From contig JABLTG010000132.1 of NCBI GenBank assembly GCA_016618085.1, positions 1-59,557 on the forward strand: DNA of 59,557 bases, given 5' to 3'. The DNA comes from Neovahlkampfia damariscottae. Lineage: Eukaryota. The translations under genes and the position numbers were made by a program. Within the stretch, counting starts at the first letter, position 1. Each line of letters opens with the position of its first letter. A model generated the notes under the pieces. That model did not search any database, had not been told where the DNA came from, and saw only the letters and a program-made list of their open reading frames with translations. This document shows, piece after piece, positions 22,353 through 33,500 of this stretch.

Positions 22353-25300
22353 ATGTCGATTCAAACATCAGAAAATACTCATGTCAATACAGAATCAACT
22401 CCGCTAGTCTTTAAAAAAAAAGAAAAAAAAGTTAATGAAGAAGTCGGAACAGCACCAGGTTATATTTCAGAATTCACTTTTGAATGGATGTCAGAATTAG
22501 TAAATAAAGCATATAAAGGTGCTAATTTAACTCAAAACGATACAAAACCACTTTTAGAAGCAGAAAAAGCAATTAAGAATACACAATTAATGGAAGTGTA
22601 TTTGAATTATTACAAACCAAATAATGTTTTTTCTTTATTGATGGTGATTATACTAGCTCATTGGAAATTTATTCTTTGGATTTTTTTTGTTAGTACTCTT
22701 TCAAACATCACAATATTAATTTCACCTTATTTTGTTCAACAATTGCTCAGTTGGTTTATGGAAGAAAAAAGAATGAACAATTCAACTTGGATGTTACCAG
22801 GTTATGGATGGGCCACTTGTCTTTTGTTGACAACTTTTTTTGGAAGAACAATCGCAATACATGCCAATTGGAAAAATTGGTTATTATATATAAGAGTAAT
22901 TTTTGAATTTTCTTGTAATTTTTGTGGAAGATATATTCAGCATTTATAGGTGTTATTTACAAGAAATGGCTGAAAATATCAACATCAACCGTTAGTAAAC
23001 AAACTACTGGTAAATTGGTAAATTTGATGTCTGTTGATTCAGCATATATTGCAGATTCCATATCAATCTTAAAAATGACATTTATGTCATTATTTCAAAT
23101 TATATGTATTAAAAAACCAAAAAATTAATTTTTTCAAGTTTCCATTGTTCTGTTGCTCTACATTATTGGATATGTCACATTTGTCGGAATTGGAGTCATT
23201 ATTTTAATTTTTCCAGTTTTGTTTGTTTTATTGCTTTTATTTACTTCATCAATTCCTATATCATTAAAGAAAAAGGATGAAAGAATTAGTTTGATGAATG
23301 AAATACTTCAGAATATTAAAAATATCAAATTTTTTGGATGGGAATCCAAATATGAAAAAAAAGTTTCTTCAGTAAGGTGGAAAGAAGCTACGATGTACCA
23401 GATACAAGGAACACTATTAGGACTTGTTTTGTCAATTATGATAGCAACACCAACATTAATCACAGTTTCAACTTTGATTGTATTTTATGTCATCGACAAT
23501 GCGAATTTTAGGGCTGAAATCATTTTTCCTGCAATTTCGTATTTTGTTTTATTGAAATTTCCTTTATTTTCGATCCCAATGAGTTTAAGTGAATTATTAC
23601 AAGTCAGAGTTTCTGCCAACAGAATTTTAAATTTTTTAAATAATGCAGAAGAAATTGAACCAATGGTAAAAATCAAAAAAAATCATTAAAATCAAAGTCT
23701 ATTCAATACGACTACAAATATGATATCAATATTAAAAATGCCACGTTCAAATGGCCAGGAGAAGATTCTTTTCATCTGTCAAATATTTCATTTAAATGTC
23801 CAAAGCATAAATTAATTTTTGTAATTGGAAATTTAGGATCTGGTAAATCTTCACTCTTAGAAGGTATTATAGGAGAAATGAAACTCATTTCTGGAACATC
23901 AAAAATTTCAAATTCATTAGCTTATTCGCCACAAGTCTCTTGGATTCAAAATGAGACATTGAAAGAAAATATATTATTTGGTTTGCCATATGACAAAGAA
24001 AAATATGAAAGAATTCTTGAAAAATGTTGTTTGTTACCTGATCTTGATTTATTACCAAATCGGGATGAATCCGAAATTGGAGAGAAAGGATACAATTTAT
24101 CAGGTGGTCAAAAACAACGTTTGAACATTGCAAGATCATTATATAAAGAAGAAGATGTTTATATATTTGATGATCCTTTGAGTGCTTTGGATCAATATGT
24201 CGGTCAATCCATTTTTGAAAATTGTTTCCTAGGCTTATTAAAAAACAAAACAAGAATTATTGCAACACATCAAATTCAATATTCCAAATATGCTGATTAT
24301 ATATACATTTTGGATGAAGGAAAAATCATTGAAGAAGGTATATTTGAACAACTTTCAAAAATTCAAAATGGAAATTTATCAGAGTTGCTAAAAAAAGTAC
24401 AGGTACATCAAGAAAACAAAGAAATTAAGAAAATATCAGAATATTCAATCTCAAAAAATGAAAAAAATGAAAAACATCAAATTCTTGAAAAAGAGGAAAA
24501 AGCCAAAGGTGTAATCAAATTTTCTGTTCTTTGGGAGTACATGAAATCATTTGGAATATTTTGGTTCATTTTTTTGATTTTTTATTTTGTTGTTACTCAA
24601 ATTATTTCAGAATTACCAAATATTTTGATTTCTGAATGGATTTCAAAAGACAAAAATGGATATTTAAATTTGACTGATCAACAATATTTTTATGTGTATA
24701 TCTCACTCGGATATGGATCAGTCATATTTTTATTGTTGAGAGATGCCCTTTATTTGAACTTTGCAATACAAGCATCAAGGAAATTACACAACAAAGCTTT
24801 GAATAGATTACTTAAAGCAACAATTTCTTTTTTTGAAAAAAATCCTATTGGAAGAATTTTGAGTAGATTTTCAAATGACGTTATTTCCATAGACATGAAG
24901 ATTTCATTAAAATCTACAGAAATTTTGACATCTATTATTCAAGTATTTGGAACAATTTTTATCGTAATTTATTCATCTTTTTGGTTTGCGATTCCATTGA
25001 TTCCGATTGGTAAATTTTGATTGATTTTAAGTTTTGTTCAAGCGTTTGTATATTGGTGGTTTAGAGCTATATTTAGAGAATCGGATCGAGAATTAAAAAG
25101 GTTGCACTCAATTGCTGCTTCTCCTATGTTTTCCATTTTTTCTGAAACTTTGAACGGCTTAACTACAATCCGTTCTTCAAAATGTGAAGAATTATTTTAT
25201 CAAAAAACGATAAAGAGAGTTGATGGATGGAACAAGAATTTTTACACATTGAAAGGATTGAACATGTGGTTACAATTTCGTCTTGCAATTTTAGGGACTT

Positions 25301-26332
25301 TGCTTGTCTCAAGTATATCATTTGTATTGGTAATTCTGTATCATTTCACCAAAGGGAAAAACTTCAACATTGCAACTGCAGGTCTTTCTATGACTTATGC
25401 AATTCAAATCACTCAAGTTTTATCCACATTGGTTCAAAAATCAGTCAAATTAGAATCTGAATTGAATTCTATTGAAAGAATTGTTCATTATGGAAAGAAT
25501 TTACCAATTGAAAAGGAAAACATAGAACTACATCCAAAGAACTGGCCAAATGAAGGAAAAATTGAATTCAAAAATTACTGTATGAAATACAGAGAAGAGT
25601 TATCAAATGTTCTACATAATATTGATATAATCATCAAACCAAAAGAAAAGATTGGAATTGTTGGAAGAACTGGATCAGGGAAGTCAAGTTTGATGATATC
25701 TTTATTCAGATTATTTCAAAATACTACGGGATCAATTTACATTGACAGCATTGATATTTCAAAAATCCCATTACAATTATTGCGATCTTCTGTTGCCATT
25801 ATTCCTCAAGATCCAATTTTATTCACTGGAACAATTCATTCCAATTTGGATCCTTTTGGAAATTTTTCTGAGTCTGAAATTTGGGATGTATTGGAGAAAG
25901 TTTTCTTGAAAGAATTTATTGAAAATCAAAGAGAAAAATTAAAGTATGAAGTTCAAGAAGGTGGAAATAATTTCAGTGTAGGACAAAAACAACTTTTATG
26001 CTTGGCTCGTTGTTTATTAGAAAAAAAGAAAATATTAATTTTAGATGAAGCCACCTCCTCAATGGACATAAATTCAGATATTTTAATTCGTAAGATTTCT
26101 TCATTATTCACAATTAGAAAAATCCATTGAACATAATTTCAAAGATTGTACAATTTTAGTAGTTGCTCATAGATTGAATACAATTATGAATTCCAATCGA
26201 ATTATGATTTTGGAAAATGGAAGAGTTTTGCATTTTGATTCACCTGAAATTCTATCAAACAATGAAATTTTTTCAACCTTGGAATTGGACTCAAATGATA
26301 ATAAAATAAATGAAGAAGAAATTAAAATCTGA
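22353..26332 (+). CDS. ABC transporter family C (MRP-like), 6 exons
   Basis: Two TMDs and two NBDs (GNLGSGKS, LSGGQKQR; GRTGSGKS, FSVGQKQL, ILDEAT, VAHRLNTI). Introns 22896-22930, 23106-23138, 23666-23697, 25010-25042 and 26090-26117. Confidence 0.95.
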
Positions 26333-26340
26333 GAATAAAT

Positions 26341-27870
26341 TTATTTTGTTTCTACTTTTGAGAATTTAACAGAAACAGCTTTTGGTGATTGGATGATACT
26401 TGAAGTGGATGAAACATCAACAGATTCTGAAGAATCCACCAAATTGACTTCATAATTCATCAATAATTCAGTGAAAAATATTTTTTGTTCCATCAATGAA
26501 AAATTATTTCCAATACAAATTCTTGATCCAGATGAAAAAGGAATCCAAGCATAATGCGGAATTTTTTTCTTTGCATTTTTATCCCATCTTTCTGGACGAA
26601 ATTCTTCAGGGTTTTCATAAATATCTTCATTCATATGGACATCAATAACAGACACACCAACAAGTGTATCTTTTGGGATGAAATAATCACCAAGTTGTGT
26701 ATCTTTTGAAGTAATTTTAGCAGGAATTGAAGCAATTGGAGGATACATTCTTAATAATTCTTTGATAAACATTGAAAGATATGGTAATTTTTCAATAGAT
26801 TCAGTGTCAATTTTATCAATAGTATCAATCATTTCTTTTCTCAATTTTGATTGAATTTTTGGATATTTAGCCAACACTTGAATACCAAAAGCTAAAGCAT
26901 TAGCAGTTCTAAAAAATATTAAAATTTGATTAAATTACGTTTCATGACCTGCAAGGAAAAAGATTCCAACATTATCCATAATTTCTTGTTCAGACAATTT
27001 CTCATCTTCATCACTCTCAAGTAATGATTCAACCATCATATCAAGCATAGAAAAGTTTGAATTATCAATGGACTTTTCTTGAATTTTCTTTTTTGATATT
27101 TCAATTAATGAACTTCTCAATTTTTGCCAGATCTCTAATTGTCTTAATGTCTCTTTTGTTGAAGCTAATGAGTCAAAATTATGTGTAATAATAGCAGGTA
27201 ATGCTTTTTTTATATTGAAAAATAACTCCATTAAATAATTATAAGAGTTCAAATTTTCATTATCATCCAATGAAACTGATTTAAAATCATAACCAAAAAT
27301 TGATAATCCCAAAATATCTAAAGCCATAGCTTGTGTATATTTGTGTACACTATCAATAATAGGACCATCTTTTTCTATCATTTGATGCATGACTTCAGCC
27401 GTTTTCTTTGAAAATATATTAAAGTAATTACCCAATGATTTGAAAGCCGGATCTAAAACTTTTCTCTGTCTTTTCCATTGAGGGTCATTTATACCTACCA
27501 AATGATCTTTTCCAATGAATTTATCTGAATACTTTACTAGCTCCAAAACATTATGTAAATAAGTATCTGTATCGTTCAAAACTTGTCTGCATAAAACTGG
27601 ATCAAGAACTCTGACAATCATTTTGTTGATTGCCCATCCACTGACTAGTGGTCTGTTTAACTTTTTGTTTAAATGTCTTGAGTATTGGATGCTTGATTCT
27701 TTTTTATTTGCGAAAAGAAACCAAGGAAGAAAAAAAATTGAATTTCCAAGAAGTTTTTCACCAGTTTTGATGTTGTAAACTCTTCTTCTACTCGAAAAAT
27801 CTATATACTTGAGGTATAAAATGAAAACAGCGATGAATACCGATAAAGTGATGAGGATTTGAATGATCAT
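26341..27870 (-). CDS. Cytochrome P450, 2 exons
   Basis: N-terminal anchor, AGHETT (split by intron 26909-26938), KELLR, FRPERW and heme motif FSSGSRICIG. Confidence 0.95.
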
Positions 27871-28049
27871 TTGCTCCAATGAAAAATGAAAAAAAGAACC
27901 AATAGTGTTTAAGAAAACTCCGGAATTGAACCTCATTAAAATAATTGAAGATGACAATTTTTGGGGAATAACCTTTTCTCAAAACAGACAATTTATCTAT
28001 GACAAGTCAAACCATGGGGAAATAACACTTGTTATATTTTATAAAAGTT

Positions 28050-28925
28050 TTATGATCTTAAAACTTTCAAGAGTTTTTTAATTGATTTTAAACGTTCGTT
28101 TAATACTTTCATGTTTTTGTCATGGATTTTAAACCATTTTGCATAATTTTTCTTTTTCATTTTGTAATCTTGATGTCTTTTATTCAATTTAGCTTTAGCA
28201 GTTTCCATTTTTTTTTTAGCTGCTTCAAGTCTATTTGATAATTTCTTCATTTTTTTTGGATATTTTGATAATGCTTTTTTTGAAAGTTTATAACGATATT
28301 CAGCTTTTCTGTGATGAATTATAGCTTTTGACAATCTTTTTTTGTGATGAATTACAGCCCTTGCAACTTTATTGGTTAATTTGATGAGGGTACGTTTAGC
28401 ATGAACTTTTTGAATCAATTCTTTTTTAAGTTTTTTGTAAACTGAAATAAGAGAAGCATATTTTTTATAAAATGCTGTTTTACGTCTTTTGTAAATTCTA
28501 CGTTGTTTTCTTCTTTTCTTTTTCAAAAGAGCAGCTTCACGCTTGATTTTTCTCTTTAATTTTGAAGCAGCTCTATGAATTTTCTTCACATTTTCTCTAA
28601 TTTTAACACGTAATTGTCTCAACATTTTGTGACGTTTTTCTTTATTTTTGATTTTTTGTTGTTTTCTTTTGAATTTGAGTTGATTTTTTTCTTCTTTTTC
28701 TTTTAATATTTTTAATTCAACTTTTTGGAGTTTGTTTTGTAACTCTACAAGTTTCTTTTGTTTTTGAAGTTTTCTGTATTCTTTGTCTTCTTTTTTGTTG
28801 AGTTTTTCAAGTTTTTCTTTTGCTTCAGCTATTTTTTTGTCAATAGTTGAAGGTTTTGCATCTGTTTGTGTGATTAAGAAGGCAAGTGAAATCAAAACAA
28901 TCAAAAGAAGAATTGCTTTTTTCAT
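28050..28925 (-). CDS. Secreted Lys/Arg-rich coiled-coil protein
   Basis: Intronless 291 aa. Signal peptide MKKAILLLIVLISLAFLITQTDA, then a strongly basic helical sequence without Cys. Confidence 0.8.
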   Translation of the reverse strand: MKKAILLLIVLISLAFLITQTDAKPSTIDKKIAEAKEKLEKLNKKEDKEYRKLQKQKKLVELQNKLQKVELKILKEKEEKNQLKFKRKQQKIKNKEKRHKMLRQLRVKIRENVKKIHRAASKLKRKIKREAALLKKKRRKQRRIYKRRKTAFYKKYASLISVYKKLKKELIQKVHAKRTLIKLTNKVARAVIHHKKRLSKAIIHHRKAEYRYKLSKKALSKYPKKMKKLSNRLEAAKKKMETAKAKLNKRHQDYKMKKKNYAKWFKIHDKNMKVLNERLKSIKKLLKVLRS

Positions 28926-29135
28926 CTTGTAGTTGTTAAAAATTGACCAATGGAATTGATTTACTGCAAATCCAATAGAAATAAAGATTCGTTGGGAAGT
29001 TTGGGTTTTGCTTTTTCAAAAAAAATAATGAGAATTGTTATTCAATGTTGAATTTGAAAATTGAACTATGAAGTTATATAATTGGTTGGTTTTTCAGATT
29101 TTTTCTCGAACCAATCAGGAAGAATCTTTGCACAG
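28926..29135. promoter_or_regulatory. Bidirectional promoter with four CCAAT boxes between the divergent cationic-protein genes
   Basis: CCAAT at 28947, 28972 and 29111, and ATTGG at 29081, within a 210-bp gap between two ATGs. Confidence 0.6.
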
Positions 29136-29855
29136 ATGAAAATCCAAATCGTTTTGTTACTTGCTATTGTTGCATTTTGTTTCGCAAACACTTTGGCTGC
29201 TAAATCAGAATCAGAATATCTTGATTCAGATGCTGTTGCTCTTTCCTCCCAAACACAATTCTTCAGAAAATTCGGAAGATCAATTAAAAAACACGTTAAA
29301 CGTGTTAGAAAACATGTAAAAAGAAACGTCAGAAAACACATAAAACGCGTTAAAAGACACTCAAGAAGAATCTCAAGAAACTTCAGAAAAGTCCACAGAC
29401 ATGTCAGAAAAATCCATAAAGCAATCAGAAGACACTCAAGAAGATTCGGAAGATCATTCAAAAAACATTTCAAAAGACACGTTCGTGTTGTTAGAAATTC
29501 ACACAGATTCTTCAAAAAACACGTAAAAAGACATATCAGATTTGTCAGAAAAGCCCACAGAGGTTTTGGAAGACACCTCAAAAGACATGTTAAAAGATCC
29601 ATCAAAAGAGCAAGAAAGGTACACAGATTCTTTGGAAGAGCTCTCAGAAAACACGCTAAAAGACATATCAGATTTGTAAGAAGAGCACACAGAAAATTTG
29701 GAAGAGGAATCAACAGAAGTTTCAAAATGGTCAGAAGAGTTCATAAACATCTCAGAGGACATGTTAGAAAATTGAAAAGAAAACTCAAAAGTACAGCTGG
29801 TAAAATTTATCACGCTACAAGAAGATATACTCACAGAAGAATCAGAAGAATTTAA
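29136..29855 (+). CDS. Secreted polycationic (Arg/Lys/His) amphipathic repeat protein, putative antimicrobial-peptide-like precursor
   Basis: ATG at 29136, CCAAT box at 29111. Signal peptide, acidic SESEYLDSDAVAL piece, then ~200 aa with no Asp, Glu, Pro or Cys. The function is inferred. Confidence 0.8.
   Translation: MKIQIVLLLAIVAFCFANTLAAKSESEYLDSDAVALSSQTQFFRKFGRSIKKHVKRVRKHVKRNVRKHIKRVKRHSRRISRNFRKVHRHVRKIHKAIRRHSRRFGRSFKKHFKRHVRVVRNSHRFFKKHVKRHIRFVRKAHRGFGRHLKRHVKRSIKRARKVHRFFGRALRKHAKRHIRFVRRAHRKFGRGINRSFKMVRRVHKHLRGHVRKLKRKLKSTAGKIYHATRRYTHRRIRRI
29442..29750 (+). repeat. Degenerate coding tandem repeat (54/66-nt units)
   Basis: Units R.FGR..(K/R)(K/R)H.KRH.R.VR..H. At DNA level 'aaaagacatatcagatttgt' occurs twice and 't(c/t)ggaaga' recurs. 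Confidence 0.75.
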
Positions 29856-30132
29856 ACCTAAATTCTTTTTTATAAAACAAATTTAATATTTTAAAATTCA
29901 ATATTTTTGTTTGTCAAATAGATTAAATTCATTTTTTTCGTTTCCTTCAAAAAAAATTTGAAGGAAATATTTGATTGATGTTGTCCAAAAAAGGGATTGT
30001 CGGAAATTTTAACTCCGTTTAACATCAACTTGAATTACAGAGAAACTCTATTTTTGGCTCGAGTTAGAAAGTGATATAATTGGTTGATTCTTGTTTCTCC
30101 GCACCAACCAAATCGTTGCCTCAAACCACAAA

Positions 30133-30489
30133 ATGAAGACACAATACGTCCTTGTCCTTCTTGCTCTTCTCGCTTTATGCTCAGGTTATATGACAGAAGC
30201 TACTCCAGCTGCAAAACTTGCATCATCAACAACAAAAACTTTATCTGAAAAAGACTCTGAAGCATCTGCTCATGCTCTTGGGTTCGGTAGTTCATTGAGA
30301 AAGTTTGCGAGCAAATTTGGAAGAAAATTTAGTAGAAAAGTGAGCTCAGTTGTAAAAAGAAACGTTAAAGGACCTGGAAGAGTGTTCAACAAAGTTAAAA
30401 GAACATTGAAAAGAAAACTCAAATCCACTTCAGGAAAAGTTTACGCTGCTACAAAGAAATTTAAATCCAGAAAAATCAGAAGAATTTAA
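30133..30489 (+). CDS. Short paralog of the secreted polycationic protein (118 aa)
   Basis: Signal peptide, pro-piece ending EKDSEASAHAL, cationic GFGSSLRKFASKFGRKF..., and a C-terminus homologous to that of 29136-29855. Confidence 0.8.
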   Translation: MKTQYVLVLLALLALCSGYMTEATPAAKLASSTTKTLSEKDSEASAHALGFGSSLRKFASKFGRKFSRKVSSVVKRNVKGPGRVFNKVKRTLKRKLKSTSGKVYAATKKFKSRKIRRI

Positions 30490-30582
30490 ACAAAATTTAA
30501 GTTCTCATGAATTAAGAATAAATTGTTATTCATACAAAAATGTCAAGTGTCAAACTTTTTTCTCTCAAAAAAATATTTTGTT

Positions 30583-33500
30583 TTATTTTAAATAAGGAAT
30601 AAAGAAAAGAGTTAAACTTTCATATCCTTTGACACATAACCTATGAAACTCTGATTTCTTATCAAACTGCGCATCTTTTTTAATTGCTTCTTCACACAAC
30701 TCTAAAAACTTTCTACATTCTGATTTCAATTTATCAACGTATTCTTCTTGGTATTTATGTTTATTTCCTAAAAATGTTTTCACGATATCCATTGGTCCTC
30801 CATTCACTCCAGCTGAAACAGAACCTTGTAATTGTAATTGAATTTGATCCATTCTATTTGATAAAATAGCTTCTTCCATTGATTTATTTCTGTCACTTAT
30901 TGTTCTAATTCCATTCTCAATAGGTGTCATAACAATCTATTCAAAAGTGTCAAAAAAATATTTTTTTACTGTATCCTCAGCAACAATTGAAGATCGAATA
31001 TGAATGAAAGGAAATTCAAATTCAGTGATTAAAATTGTCTTTTTAACATGAATTGTTTCAATTGAACTTTTTTCATTTTGAAATTCATTTGGTACAAATG
31101 GAGTCGTAAAGAAAAATTTACGTAATTTATCATTTTGATCAAAGAATGTAATTCTCTGTTCTTCATCTTCAAAATAAGGTTTAACACTTAATAATTAATT
31201 TTTTTTTTTTTTTCTCACCTTGTGATTTGAACGTAAATTTTTTCAGCTGAGAATTGACTTTTGTTTACATTCCCAGAATGATCAATCAATTCAATTTCAC
31301 CATATTGAGATAACATAGTTTTAATCATTTTAACAACTTGATATAACTTACAAAATCTTGGCATTTTGTAAATGAATTGACTTTCATCTTCTTTTCCGAG
31401 TATTTGACTGAATATTTTGATTCTATAAAAAGTTGGAAAAAATCTATCTTGTTTTTCATTTGACATTTGAATAGATTTTCTCATTTGATCACTGAATGAA
31501 TGAAAAGTAACAGATTTTCTATTTTTTGTTTTGGAATAAAAGACTGTCAAAATTTCTGATAACGTACATGCAGGTTCAAAATACTGTCCTTTTTCAAATA
31601 ATTTTGCAGCTTTTTCAAGTAAATCTAGAATGAATGGTAATTTATAAGTTGATTGAAGATCATTTTTTAAGTAAATTCTTTCTGTTTTTGTCTCCTTTAA
31701 AAAGAAGGAAATTGTGTTAAATTTCTCTTCAATTTTCTCTGTAATTAATTCGGATTTTTCTTGAATATAATGTTCAAAAATAATGGAAACAATATGTACA
31801 TAACAATGAGCTGCTTCAACATACCTTTTTTCCTTTAAAAATTTTTTGCGTTAAAAAAGTTTTTGATTGGTTTACTCGATCATGTTCTTGAGCTAATTCT
31901 TTTAACCATACAAATTGAATAGATGGTACAGATTGAAATCTTGATATTTTTTTCACAATTGTATCAATAAATGATAATTTCTCAAAATCTTGCACTAAAC
32001 AAAAAAATTAAACAATGTTAAATAAATCATACAACTAGCAAATTCTTCTCTGATAAAGGAACAAAATAATTCTTCATTCTTATCATTTTGCATTAATTCT
32101 TTGAATTCATGATCTTCTCTAATCCATTCAGGTCCATATTTTTCATATGAAGAATATTTTCCAAGGAACAAATTTCTTAAAATTTCTTTTTGAACCATTG
32201 ATTCATTTTTCTTTCTTAATTTTTCTAAATTTTTTTGTGTAAAATATTTAGATGGTAAATTCATTGAAATTTCAATTAATTTTTCTACATTGAAAATAGT
32301 ATGTGGCATACTATCCAATAAGATATTCATGTCAACTGCATTTGATGTTTCCAAGATAACTTTTTCATTAAATTGAAAAATACCTATTGCAATACGATGT
32401 ATGATTTCAAAACCATCACAAAATAATAAATCCCAAATTCTCATTGTTGTTTCAATTGGTAAATATTCAAGATATAATTTTTTGAACCAATTTTCAATGA
32501 TTGTTGATAATGGAATCTTTAAATCTTCTAAATGTTTATATAACTTTGGTAGAATAGATTCGATTAATTTGACATTAATTGATACTTCTAACATCAATCC
32601 TGTGAGTTTTGTATCATAATATTTCAGTGGTAAAAGTAATTCGATTAATGAAGAAAACATCCAAAATGCAACTTCTTCTTTTGGAAAATGAATTAAAATG
32701 ATACCAAGTATTTTTGTTGATTCCGGAAAATATTGAAAATTTGGGTTACATCCTGGATAATTCACTAAAATTCTTTTCATTTTTTCAAAGATTGGTGTTG
32801 GTTCTCTGAATAATGGATGATCAGGAAATGTCATTGGTATATCTCTATCTAATTGATTTAAATAAGGATCAGCAAAATTATTCACTGATAATTCATAAAT
32901 CTTCAATAATGCTTGATAATTTTTGTGATTATCTTTTTGTCTTTTATCTGTTCCTGTTAAATGTAACCAAACCAAAGGTCTCTTTTTTGGTAAATTTCCA
33001 AATTTTCTGACTGTTGCTCTTAATTTACCATGGTTTTCTGTTGCAATTTCACCAATTTTTGACCATTCTTTTTCTTTGTTTTCTTGATGTCCAATTTCAT
33101 TTTGATGATAAATAATTTGCATTTGATGAATAAGAAAACCATTTGTTTCAAGAAAACCAAGCATTGGAGCAGTATAATAAATCAAATCATTCTTTTCAGC
33201 AGAGTCTTCAAAATTTCTTCCCATTGTATTGAAAGTTCTTTGAAATGTCGTTGGATATCTCATTGAATCTTTAATCAATAAATTTGAAGTTGGACTATCA
33301 GGTTTTTGATTATTATTCATTGTTGAATGAAATTCTGTTCTTGCATCTGCAATTTTCAAATAAGAATATTCAGATATATCTTTAAGAGTGTTTACAGCAT
33401 GATGAACAAGTGTATATTCTTCATTATTTGATATTGTCATTAATAATTTCTTTTAAAATTACAATAAAAAAAATAAGTTTTCTTACTTCAAGAGTTTCAA

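Noticed and set aside
29066..29834. Minus-strand Leu/Cys/Phe-rich 219-aa and Ser-rich 111-aa ORFs
   Set aside because: Antisense shadows of the repetitive cationic gene, which has the signal peptide, promoter and paralog support.
29259..30330. FFRK and GFGS-L starts recalling LL-37 and Xenopus CPF peptides
   Set aside because: Too short and compositionally biased to imply homology; treated as convergence at most.
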